From: Candidatus Multivoradales bacterium
GTDB taxonomy: Bacteria > Acidobacteriota > Thermoanaerobaculia > Multivoradales > Multivoraceae
Reading direction: 5' to 3'
Length of the DNA stretch: 64,000 bases
Assembly (NCBI GenBank): GCA_965223325.1
Contig: CBDCWI010000002.1
Coordinates: 712,351-776,350 of the forward strand
Under the pieces are notes generated by a model, which saw nothing but the letters and a program-made list of their open reading frames with translations, made no database searches and was not told the DNA's origin. Position numbers and translations under genes: made by a program. Position 1 is the first letter of the stretch. The number at the start of each line of letters is the position of its first letter. This document shows, piece by piece, positions 47,764-56,645 of the stretch.

Positions 47764-48968
47764 TGAGACGCCGATGCCACTGTCAACGTTCATCGTTTCT
47801 GGCAGCTCTTTACGGCGGCGCTCTGGCCGCTCTGCTCGCTGGCTGCAGCCCGGAAGCCGAGCCACCCTCCTCGGCTCTCGATCCCATCGAGGAAGCGCCT
47901 CCGGTCTCGATGATCGAGCCATTGGAGCTCGAGATCGGGCCACGTTTGCAGGCTGTTCAGCTTCTCCCGGGACCGCCGGGCGAACCGGTTGCCCTGTGGG
48001 CGAGCGGAATCGACAACCTCTGGCTGCGCCGCGTCGAAGACCAGGTTCGAGTGCGTGATAAGAAGGTCGCCGATACGTTCTTCGGCAGCGAGCCGGCGCT
48101 CCAGTTTCGTGACCTCCATGCCATCGACCCGGAGCGTGCCTGGCTTCTAGCCTCGGGTGAGGGTGCACTTTCGGCGATCTACTTCACCGCCGACGGTGGA
48201 GCGAGCTGGGACTTGCAGTTCCAGAACCAGGAACCTGCAGCCTTCTACGACTGCTTCGCCTTCTGGAACGAGCGCACCGGCTTCGTCTTCAGCGATTCCA
48301 TTCCTGACCCTGTCGACGACCAGAGCGCGCGGATGCTGCTGCGTCGGACCGTCGACGGGGAGGAGTGGTCAGAGGTACCGGGTGCCTCGCTTCCCGCAGC
48401 CCAGCCCGGCGAAGGGGGCTTTGCGGCCTCGGGAGACTGCGCCGCCATCATCGGTGACCCCAGTGAAGGCCGCGGGATCGTCGCCATGGGAAACGCACCG
48501 CGAGTGCGGGTCCTTCTGACCAGCGACTTCGGGGGCTCGTGGCGAGCTGTCGAAACAGGGCTCGAGGGTGGCTCGGCGATCGGCCTGACCGCGGTAGCGT
48601 TTCGACCCCCGACACCCGGCAAGAGGAGCGACTTCGGCGTCGCGGTCGGTGGAGTGATCGGCAATCCGGACTCCGAACCCTTCGTGGTGCTCACCAACGA
48701 CGGTGGCGAGAGCTGGACCCCCGCCTCATCTCTCCCTCCCATCGCGGGCGCGCTCTACGGCGTTGCCATGGCCACGGCTGACGACGCGACGGGTGACCCA
48801 CTGATCGTCGTCACCGGCCCCGGTGGCGCCGCGCTCTCAGGCAACCGGGCCAGGACCTGGGAGCTGATCTCCGCGCAGGACTTCTGGAGCGTCGACCTGT
48901 TACCCGACGGACGCGGTGCCCTGGTGGGTCCGGACCAGCGAATCAGCCTGGTCGCGCTCAGGCGCTAA
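47763..48968 (+). CDS. Lipoprotein, Ycf48/BNR-repeat beta-propeller
   Basis: LLAGC lipobox; T.DGG.SW repeats (TADGGASW, TSDFGGSW, TNDGGESW); TGATG coupling to the upstream gene. Confidence 0.8.
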
Positions 48969-49057
48969 GGCCTATCGGGCGAACCCCGAAGAACAAAGTT
49001 CACGCTACGTGATCACCATCGGGATGGGGCAACGGCGCGGTCCTGATCGCTGCCGGA

Positions 49058-49438
49058 GTGTTCTTCTACCGCGCGCTTTCGGGGCATGAGGTCAAGGTGC
49101 CGCTCGAGAGGCCGCTCTACGCAAGGTGTGCCGTCTTTCTCAACTTGATGAACACGCGCCTGTACTGGGGGTTGATCTCAAGCGCAGCCGCCAGGAGACA
49201 GTACGAACAGGCCTGCCTCGCCAAGGGCACACATGCCGATCTCTATCGCCTGGCCCACGACCACTTTGGCGTCAGCCTGGCCACCATGGGCTTCGCTTTC
49301 ATTTTGCTCTCAGCCTTGCCGCTCACCTGTGCCTGGCTCTACCAGGTCAATCGTTCAGCGCTCCATGCGGCGGTGCGCAAGTACCTCCTGCAGCTCTCTG
49401 GCTGCTTTCCGCGACTTCCCCAGCCGACGCTTCTCTAG
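49058..49438 (+). CDS. Hypothetical membrane protein or degraded remnant
   Basis: Short hydrophobic ORF without a clear RBS; the frame extends upstream (GWGNGAVLIAAG) without an obvious start. Confidence 0.3.
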   Translation: MFFYRALSGHEVKVPLERPLYARCAVFLNLMNTRLYWGLISSAAARRQYEQACLAKGTHADLYRLAHDHFGVSLATMGFAFILLSALPLTCAWLYQVNRSALHAAVRKYLLQLSGCFPRLPQPTLL

Positions 49439-51042
49439 GGTGGAATCGGCACCGGGAAGAGCGGGTTGTCGTCGGTTTCTCGTTCGAGAATCTCGACCCC
49501 CTGGCGCACCAGCTGCGGGTACTCAGCGGCCAGGTTGTGGAGCTCACCAGGATCTGCGGCAAGGTCGTAGAGTTCCCACCCGGCGCCCGCGCTGGGCAGA
49601 TCGTCGAGACGCTGGTGCACGAGCTTGTAGTCGCCGAAGCGCACCGCCACCTGGCCGCCATACTCGGGGAACACCCACACCATGGGGTTGCGCTCGGGAC
49701 GTTCGGGTTCGCCCCGAAGCGTCGGCAACAGGCTGATGCCGTCGCCGCTTGCGAGGGGGCTCCCCAGCAGCTCGGCGAAGGTCGCGAACCAATCGGGGAA
49801 GTAGGTCACGTAATGGTTGGTCACGTTGGCGTCGACCTCCCCGGGCCAGCGCACGATCAATGGAACGCGCAGGCCGCCTTCGTAGACGCTCCCTTTGAAG
49901 CCGCGCAGGCTGGCGGTGTCGCTGTAGGCAGTGCTCCTGAAGAAGGGCGCGTCGACGCCGCCCACTCCGAAGTCCGCATCGCGATCGCTCCCGTGGGTGG
50001 TGCCGTTGTCGCTGGTGAAAACCACCAGGGTCTCATCGCTCAGGCCAAGCTCGTCGAGTTTTCTGAGCACCAACCCGACGTGTTCGTCGAGGTCACTGAC
50101 CATCGCCGCGTAGCCTGCCCGCGGGCGCGGGTGTGGCGTGTAGCCGGCGGCGCCACGATAGACCTTCCGGTCCCAGTCCTCGGGATAACGCTCGACCCAC
50201 TCTTTCGGAGGCTGCATCGCGACATGCGGCTCGACGAAGGGCAGATAGAGAAAGAACGGCTGCGCGCGATGCTCGTCCAGGAAGTCGAGCGCGGCTTCGA
50301 CGATCAAGTCCGGTGCGTACTGGTCGGCGAACCAGTCCTCCATGCGCACCGGACCTTCGGGCTGTCTCATATGGCCCGGCACCGGCTCCTGGTTGATGCT
50401 CATCTTGTGGTCATCGACCCAGAGGTGCGGTGGGTAGTAGCTGTGGGCGACACGCTGGCAGTTGTAGCCAACGAAACGGTCGAAGCCCTGAGCGTTCGGG
50501 TCGCCACTCGAACCCACCGGTCCCAGGCCCCACTTCCCCATCGCTCCAGTGACGTAGCCATGTTCGCCGAAGAGCTCCGCTAAGGTGTACGCCTCCTCGG
50601 GTATCGGCCACTGCCCTTCGACGCGCTCACCCTGGTCGTCGACCGCATCAAGGTTGCCGCGGATGGTCGTATGGCCCAGATGCTTGCCGGTCAACAACAC
50701 GTTGCGCGACGGCGCACAAACCGGCGCCCCCGAATAGTTGTAGCTAAAGCGCATACCCTCCGCAGCGAGGCGGTCGAGGTTCGGCGTGCGGATCTTCTCC
50801 TGGCCGTAGCTTCCGAGCTCGCCGTAGCCAAGGTCGTCGGCGAGGATGAAGACGACGTTGGGTGGCCGCGTCGCTTCGCCGCCACGGCCGTTGGCTAGAG
50901 CAACCTTCGGGCCTGGGGAAGAAGAAGCGTCGCCGGTACAGCCGGCGCTCGCGGCCAGCAACAAGAGAGCGGCCGGCAAGCTCAACCGCTTTCGGTCGCA
51001 GAGGGTGCGAAACGATGACAACGAGAACGACGGTTGGAACAT
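49435..51042 (-). CDS. Arylsulfatase (type I, formylglycine), probable lipoprotein
   Basis: PNVVFILADDLG, CAPSR, GKWGLG, FTSDNG, KGSVYEGGLRVP and ELYDL..DPGE motifs. Confidence 0.95.
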   Translation of the reverse strand: MFQPSFSLSSFRTLCDRKRLSLPAALLLLAASAGCTGDASSSPGPKVALANGRGGEATRPPNVVFILADDLGYGELGSYGQEKIRTPNLDRLAAEGMRFSYNYSGAPVCAPSRNVLLTGKHLGHTTIRGNLDAVDDQGERVEGQWPIPEEAYTLAELFGEHGYVTGAMGKWGLGPVGSSGDPNAQGFDRFVGYNCQRVAHSYYPPHLWVDDHKMSINQEPVPGHMRQPEGPVRMEDWFADQYAPDLIVEAALDFLDEHRAQPFFLYLPFVEPHVAMQPPKEWVERYPEDWDRKVYRGAAGYTPHPRPRAGYAAMVSDLDEHVGLVLRKLDELGLSDETLVVFTSDNGTTHGSDRDADFGVGGVDAPFFRSTAYSDTASLRGFKGSVYEGGLRVPLIVRWPGEVDANVTNHYVTYFPDWFATFAELLGSPLASGDGISLLPTLRGEPERPERNPMVWVFPEYGGQVAVRFGDYKLVHQRLDDLPSAGAGWELYDLAADPGELHNLAAEYPQLVRQGVEILERETDDNPLFPVPIPP

Positions 51043-51046
51043 GGTT

Positions 51047-51922
51047 CTAGGACTCCTTCGACCTCCAGAGCTCGAAAGCCCAGGGGCCACTTTCTTCGCC
51101 GCGCTCGGCGCAGCCGACGATTTCGTGGGTCGCTCGGAGTGCCGACCGTGACGGTAGCTCGCCAGCCTCCAGACTCGGGGGGAGGCGGCCACCTTGCCAG
51201 GACGAGAGAAGCAAGAGGTCGATCCGTGGTGGAACCGTATTCCACAACCACCGGACCGACGATGGCCCGAGCTCGACGGTGGCACGCCGTCCTCCACCAC
51301 CCGCTTCCACAAGTGCCGTGAGCGCGGTCTCGGGGTTTGCCGGCTCGAGGCATTCGACCTCGAGCTCGGTCGGGACCGGCCCGCGGTGCTTCGCGAACAG
51401 CGCCTGGAGTCGCCGTTCCCCAGCCCGGTCGGTGAGTACGGTGGTGGGCAACCCAGTGCCTCCGTCGCCCTGCGCCAGGGCGGGATGGCGGAGGTCGAAA
51501 CCACGACCCGACGTCAGCACACCGAGCCGAGGCCGGTTGCTTTTGTTCGCCGTCGGCAGGTGTTCTGCCCGCCAGGACGCGAGTAGAGACGCCGCAACCG
51601 GCGCACCTGCCAGGTCGTGGCGAACTTCTGGTTCGGCGCGCAGGATCGAACCACTGGTGAGGATGCAGTCGGCGCGCGCGCGAGCAAGCCCGAGGATGAA
51701 GCCGTCCAGCACACTCGTCGGAGTTCTCTCGTCGATTGCCATCACCACGTTGCGTTCGTCGTTTCGCCAGACCGCCGCCACCTGAAGAATGGCGCCCGGA
51801 TCCAGGAGAAGAGCCAGCGCTCGCTCACCCCACATCGAAGCGACCAGTTGGTCGACCGCTCGCCAGTCTCCTCTTCGTTCGAGATCGGCCAGGGGCCCCT
51901 TCTCCAGTTGCAGTCTCTTCAT
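51047..51922 (-). CDS. RibD C-terminal / dihydrofolate-reductase-like protein
   Basis: LARARADCILTSGSILRAEP, VLTSG and VELGPS motifs. Confidence 0.7.
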   Translation of the reverse strand: MKRLQLEKGPLADLERRGDWRAVDQLVASMWGERALALLLDPGAILQVAAVWRNDERNVVMAIDERTPTSVLDGFILGLARARADCILTSGSILRAEPEVRHDLAGAPVAASLLASWRAEHLPTANKSNRPRLGVLTSGRGFDLRHPALAQGDGGTGLPTTVLTDRAGERRLQALFAKHRGPVPTELEVECLEPANPETALTALVEAGGGGRRATVELGPSSVRWLWNTVPPRIDLLLLSSWQGGRLPPSLEAGELPSRSALRATHEIVGCAERGEESGPWAFELWRSKES

Positions 51923-51987
51923 GACCGGGACGCTACACTGCCGAGGGTAAGAGCCCTTGTCAGACTGAAACCGTAGAGGGGAAGCGC

Positions 51988-53223
51988 TTGGACTTCAACG
52001 ACTCACCCGAACAGGCCGAGTTCCGCCGAGAGGCCAGGGAATGGTTGGCAGCACATGCACCGACCTTCGAAGTCCCAGCTCACCGCGACAACGCCGCCGT
52101 CAACTCCGAGGAAGAACTCGCGCACGCCAAGAAGTGGCAGGCGCAAAAAGCCGATGCAGGCTACGCCACGATGCATTGGCCCGAGCGTTTCGGCGGGCGC
52201 AATCTGCCCCGCATCTACAGCGTGATCTACGACCAGGAGGAAGCACGCTACCGCGTACCGCGGGGCGCCTTCTTCAACATCGGCATCAACTTCGGTGGCC
52301 CCACCGTCATCGAGTACGGGTCACGTGAACTCCAGGAGCGTCTGCTACCACGCCTGCGTCGCGCCGACGACATCTGGTGCCAGCTGTTCTCAGAACCCGG
52401 CGCAGGCTCCGACCTCGCTGGCCTGCGCACGCGCGCCGAGCGTGACGGCGATGAGTGGGTGATCAATGGCCAGAAGATCTGGTCGACCTACGCGCAATAC
52501 GCCGACTGGGGCATCCTGGTGACGCGCCACGACCCTGGCCTACCAAAGCACAAGGGCCTCACCTACTTCCTGCTCGACATGAAGACCGAGGGCGTCGAAC
52601 CGCGGCCCATCCAGCAGGCGTCGGGAGCGTCGCACTTCAACGAAGTCTTCTTGACCAACGTTCGCATCGCCGATGCCTACCGGCTCGGCGAGGTTGGAGC
52701 GGGCTGGCAGGTGGCGATCACCACGCTCATGAATGAACGCCTGGGCGCCAACTCGGTAGAAGCACCGCCAACCTTCGAGCAGATCTTCCGGCTCACGCGA
52801 GCCGCCGAGCTCGAGAGCGGTCGCGCCATCGACGACCCTGCCGTGCGCTCCGAGCTCGCCGACTGGTACGTCAAGTTTCGCGGCCTCGAACTGGTCCAGC
52901 AGCGAACTCTGACGCGGCTGGCGCAGGGGAGACAGCCTGGGCCCGAAGCCTCGATTCGCAAGTTGGTCGCTGGCGACCTGCAGCAGGAGATCGCCAGCTT
53001 CGGCATGGACCTGTGCGAGATGACCGGCAGTAGAACCGACGATGCCGGCGGTCCCGGTGCGCTCTTCGCACGGGCGCTCCTCGGCTGCCCGGCAACGCGC
53101 ATTGCCGGCGGTTCCGACGAGATCCTGCGCAACATTCTCGCCGAACGTGTGCTGGGGCTTCCGGGTGACATCCGGGTCGACCGCGACGTTGCATTCCGTG
53201 ACATTCCCACCGGCCGGGCCTGA
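51988..53223 (+). CDS. Acyl-CoA dehydrogenase
   Basis: WCQLFSEPGAGSDLAGLRT, FNEVF, LMNER and IAGGSDEILRN motifs. Confidence 0.95.
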   Translation: MDFNDSPEQAEFRREAREWLAAHAPTFEVPAHRDNAAVNSEEELAHAKKWQAQKADAGYATMHWPERFGGRNLPRIYSVIYDQEEARYRVPRGAFFNIGINFGGPTVIEYGSRELQERLLPRLRRADDIWCQLFSEPGAGSDLAGLRTRAERDGDEWVINGQKIWSTYAQYADWGILVTRHDPGLPKHKGLTYFLLDMKTEGVEPRPIQQASGASHFNEVFLTNVRIADAYRLGEVGAGWQVAITTLMNERLGANSVEAPPTFEQIFRLTRAAELESGRAIDDPAVRSELADWYVKFRGLELVQQRTLTRLAQGRQPGPEASIRKLVAGDLQQEIASFGMDLCEMTGSRTDDAGGPGALFARALLGCPATRIAGGSDEILRNILAERVLGLPGDIRVDRDVAFRDIPTGRA

Positions 53224-53237
53224 CATTGGAGAGAACG

Positions 53238-54137
53238 ATGACTGAGTCCTTGACCCGTCGAGACCTGCTCAAGACCGCTTCGGCCGCCTCGGCTGCCGGA
53301 GTTCTCGCCGGCGGTGCCACCTCGGTGCTTTCGGCTCCGGTTTCCCCTGAAGAGACCGGCGCGATCGAGCGCGTTATCGAGAACGACCGCATCAAACAGT
53401 CGGTCTGTCGTTGGTGCTACATGCGCACGCCACTGCCGGAACTTGCGGCTGCCGCCAAAGCAATCGGCCTGCGCTCGATCGAGCTGGTAGGCCCGAACGA
53501 CTTCGAGACCCTGCGCCAGTTCGGGCTTACCGCAGCGGTACTCAACACGCACAGCATCGAGAAGGGTCTCAACGACCCTGCCCACCACGAGGCCTGCCTC
53601 AACGCGATCCGCACCAGCCTCGAAGCCGCAAAGGGCTTCGGCGCGCCCAACGTGATCACCTTCTCGGGCAACCGGAACGGCAAGTCTGACGAGGAGGGCC
53701 TCGAAAACTGCACCAAGGCGCTCAAACAGGTCGTCGGCGAAGCCGAGAAGCTCGGCGTGACGATCGTGATGGAGCTCCTCAACAGCCGCGTCGATCATGC
53801 CGACTACCAGGCAGACAGCACACCTTTCGGTGTCGAGCTGGTCGAACGCGTTGGCTCAGAACGATTCAAACTGCTCTACGACATCTACCACCTGCAGATC
53901 ATGGAAGGCGACGTCATTCGCACGATCCGCGACCACCACGAGGCCATTGGCCACTACCACACCGCTGGTGTTCCGGGTCGCCACGAGCTCGACGAGAATC
54001 AGGAACTGCAGTACCCGGCGATTGTGCGCGCCATCATCGACACCGGCTACGAGGGCTACCTCGGCCAGGAGTTCATTCCCGCCGGCGACGACGCACTCCG
54101 CAGTCTGGCGCACGGCGTGCGGGTCTGCGACGTCTAG
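53238..54137 (+). CDS. Hydroxypyruvate-isomerase-like TIM-barrel sugar-phosphate isomerase with Tat signal
   Basis: TRRDLLK signal; ELLNSRVDH, LLYDIYH.QIMEGD, HYHTAGVPGRHE and GQEF motifs. Confidence 0.9.
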   Translation: MTESLTRRDLLKTASAASAAGVLAGGATSVLSAPVSPEETGAIERVIENDRIKQSVCRWCYMRTPLPELAAAAKAIGLRSIELVGPNDFETLRQFGLTAAVLNTHSIEKGLNDPAHHEACLNAIRTSLEAAKGFGAPNVITFSGNRNGKSDEEGLENCTKALKQVVGEAEKLGVTIVMELLNSRVDHADYQADSTPFGVELVERVGSERFKLLYDIYHLQIMEGDVIRTIRDHHEAIGHYHTAGVPGRHELDENQELQYPAIVRAIIDTGYEGYLGQEFIPAGDDALRSLAHGVRVCDV

Positions 54138-54149
54138 AGAGCCGGTGGC

Positions 54150-54863
54150 TCAGGTTTCGTACTCGTCGTGGCGCTTGACCCACGACTGACCGAAGGCCAG
54201 GTCCGCCTCGTCGCGGCCCTTCGGCAGGAGATCGATGGTGTGGTACGCACCGTTCAAACGGTCGAGTCCGCGGGCGTAGGTCGAGTAGGCGTGAAACACC
54301 CTCCCGTCGCGCGTTGCAAAGACCGAGACCCCAGGCCACTCTCCCGGCCGCTCGGCCCGTCGATAGTTGTACTGAACTTCGCCCGCTTCGATCTCCTCCG
54401 CGCTGAAGGTGACCCCATAGTCCTGGTTGAACGAAGAGCGGCCTGACGACAGCCACGGGAAGCTCCAGCCCATGCGCTCACGGTACGCCAGCAGGGTCTC
54501 GAGTGGCGCAGTCGATATGGCGACAAAACGCGCGTCGCGTTGTTCGACATGCACCCGAAAGGCGTCGAAGCCATCAGCCCAGAACGAACAGCTCGGGCAC
54601 CCGGCTTGCCAGTCGGCACCGAACATGAAGTGCTGGACGATCAGCTGGCTCTTGTCGCCGAAGAGATCCGCAAGCGACACTTCGCCGTCTTCACCATCGA
54701 AAACGTAGGGTTCTGTCACCTCGACCCAGGGCAAGGCGCGCAGCTCGGCGGCAAGCGCGTCGCGCTGTCTGTCGAACGCCTTTTCTCTGACCAGCAGGGC
54801 ACGCCGAGCGGCAAGCCATTCCTCGCGCGAGACGACGTTCGGGTGGTGGGGGGTTTTGGACAT
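54150..54863 (-). CDS. DUF899 thioredoxin-like protein
   Basis: SREEWLAAR..LL..EK, LIVQHFMF, GCPSCS and WVKRHDEY motifs. Confidence 0.92.
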   Translation of the reverse strand: MSKTPHHPNVVSREEWLAARRALLVREKAFDRQRDALAAELRALPWVEVTEPYVFDGEDGEVSLADLFGDKSQLIVQHFMFGADWQAGCPSCSFWADGFDAFRVHVEQRDARFVAISTAPLETLLAYRERMGWSFPWLSSGRSSFNQDYGVTFSAEEIEAGEVQYNYRRAERPGEWPGVSVFATRDGRVFHAYSTYARGLDRLNGAYHTIDLLPKGRDEADLAFGQSWVKRHDEYET

Positions 54864-54979
54864 CTCACTTCTCCTCGTTGACATGAAGACGGTCGGGGCG
54901 ATGCCTCTCCTCAGTCATGACGAACGACAACAAGAGCACTCGACAGCAGGCGGCGACATTCCTTCCAGCCGCCTTTGAC

Positions 54980-56260
54980 TCAGGCGACCTCCTTGTCGTA
55001 GCCCGTCTCGTCGCGAAAAAAGGCCGCAAACCCGAGCATGGTGACGAGCGCAGCAACCGACAACGCCCCCCACAGGCCGGTGTAGTTGACCGGCAGACCA
55101 CCGGTGCCCGGGAACATGTCGACCAGTACCTTGACCGCCAGGCTGGCGGCCACCGGCCCGACACCGAGGATGATGATGCCGAAGACGGTCTGTGCCGAAG
55201 CGCGCACGTCTTCGGGCGCGATGCGATCGACGTAGATGAAAGCGGCGGCAAAGAAGCAGGCATAGCAGAGACCGTGCAGGGCCTGGCTGGCGACAATCAC
55301 TTCGGCCGGCAGGGAGCTGGCAAAGATGGCGTAACGCACCACATACGCCAGGCAGCCGAGGGCAATCACCCAGCGGAACCCGAGCCGGCGCAGCAGCCAG
55401 CCGGTCGCGACCATGACCGCAATCTCGGCGAACTGGCCAATGGTCATCGCCGGACCGATCTGAGAGTCTCGGAGGCCGACGACGTTCGAGAAGAAGGGCG
55501 CCGTTTGCATGAAATAGACCTGGTGGATGATCGAGATCGGCAGACTGGCGAGCACCAGGACCAGCAGCGAGCGTTTGCGCAGCAGAGCAAAAGCCGCCTT
55601 CCACGCCAGCGGTTCCGCGGCATCGGTACGCGGTGGCGTGTGCGGCAGGAAGAGTGCGAAGACCGCGAACAGAATCGAGATCACGCCACTGGCAATCAGT
55701 GCGTCGCCGAGACGCCCGGTGACGTTGGCGACCTCAGTGCCGCCGTAGAACGGCGGCATCCACTGGAAGTGGACATCTCTGAGGAGCCAGAACAGCGGAA
55801 ACAACCAGCTGGCGGCGATCCACCCGATGGTTCCCCAGACCCGCACGTAGGGGAAACCGCGGTCGGGATTCTCGAGGTGTGCAAAGGCCAGCGAGTTGGT
55901 CAGCGAAAGGGTTGGCATGTAGACCACGCTGTAGGCGATCGACAGCCACAGCCAGGCCGAGAAGGTCGTCTGGTACGCGGTGGCGATCTTGATGATGCCG
56001 CCAATCACCAGGAGGCCGGCGAGAAAGCGCTCGGTCGAGAAGCGACGGTCGGCGAACTGACCAGCGATGAATGGCGCGCTGATGGCTCCGATCGAAGCCG
56101 CAATCCCGAGAATCGCCGCCACTTGCGCATTGGTGAAACCCAGACCCCCCTCGTGGGTGCCGGCCTCGAGGTAGCGCGCCAGAATCGGCATCCAGACACC
56201 CCAGACGGCGTACTGGAGAAACATCATCAACGAAAGTCGAGTCCAGGGGGATCGCTTCAT
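54980..56260 (-). CDS. MFS nucleoside:H+ symporter family (NupG/XapB-like)
   Basis: RLSLMMFLQYAVWG, FIAGQFADRRF, YMPTLSLTN, RVWGTIGWI and GQFAEI motifs. Confidence 0.9.
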   Translation of the reverse strand: MKRSPWTRLSLMMFLQYAVWGVWMPILARYLEAGTHEGGLGFTNAQVAAILGIAASIGAISAPFIAGQFADRRFSTERFLAGLLVIGGIIKIATAYQTTFSAWLWLSIAYSVVYMPTLSLTNSLAFAHLENPDRGFPYVRVWGTIGWIAASWLFPLFWLLRDVHFQWMPPFYGGTEVANVTGRLGDALIASGVISILFAVFALFLPHTPPRTDAAEPLAWKAAFALLRKRSLLVLVLASLPISIIHQVYFMQTAPFFSNVVGLRDSQIGPAMTIGQFAEIAVMVATGWLLRRLGFRWVIALGCLAYVVRYAIFASSLPAEVIVASQALHGLCYACFFAAAFIYVDRIAPEDVRASAQTVFGIIILGVGPVAASLAVKVLVDMFPGTGGLPVNYTGLWGALSVAALVTMLGFAAFFRDETGYDKEVA

Positions 56261-56645
56261 CACACGTCCTTGGCGAGGGGTTCTGTCTTTCACACAGGGA
56301 ATGCGGCGCTCATAGTAGCCCGTCGCGCGTGCTTTCCCAGAACCCGACCGGCCGGTCGGTTGGAATGCCAGACTCAGTCCTTGCTCAGTTCCCGAACCCG
56401 GGTAACATGTCTGACACTGTTTCAACAGAACATCTTTTGACGGATCGGCCGACCGCCGGTTCGGGTCCCCGGACTTTCGTGGCTGAAATGGGGGAGGGAC
56501 CGAAGGGGAGACGGCGAACAGAGCCGGCGAGGGGGTGCCTCTCCATCTGGCAACCGTTTCCTGAGCGACCCTCGTGGTCGAGGTGTGGACTTCGTTAGAC
56601 CCGCGCAACAGGGAACGTCCCGCAACAGGGACAGGAGAGAACCAC

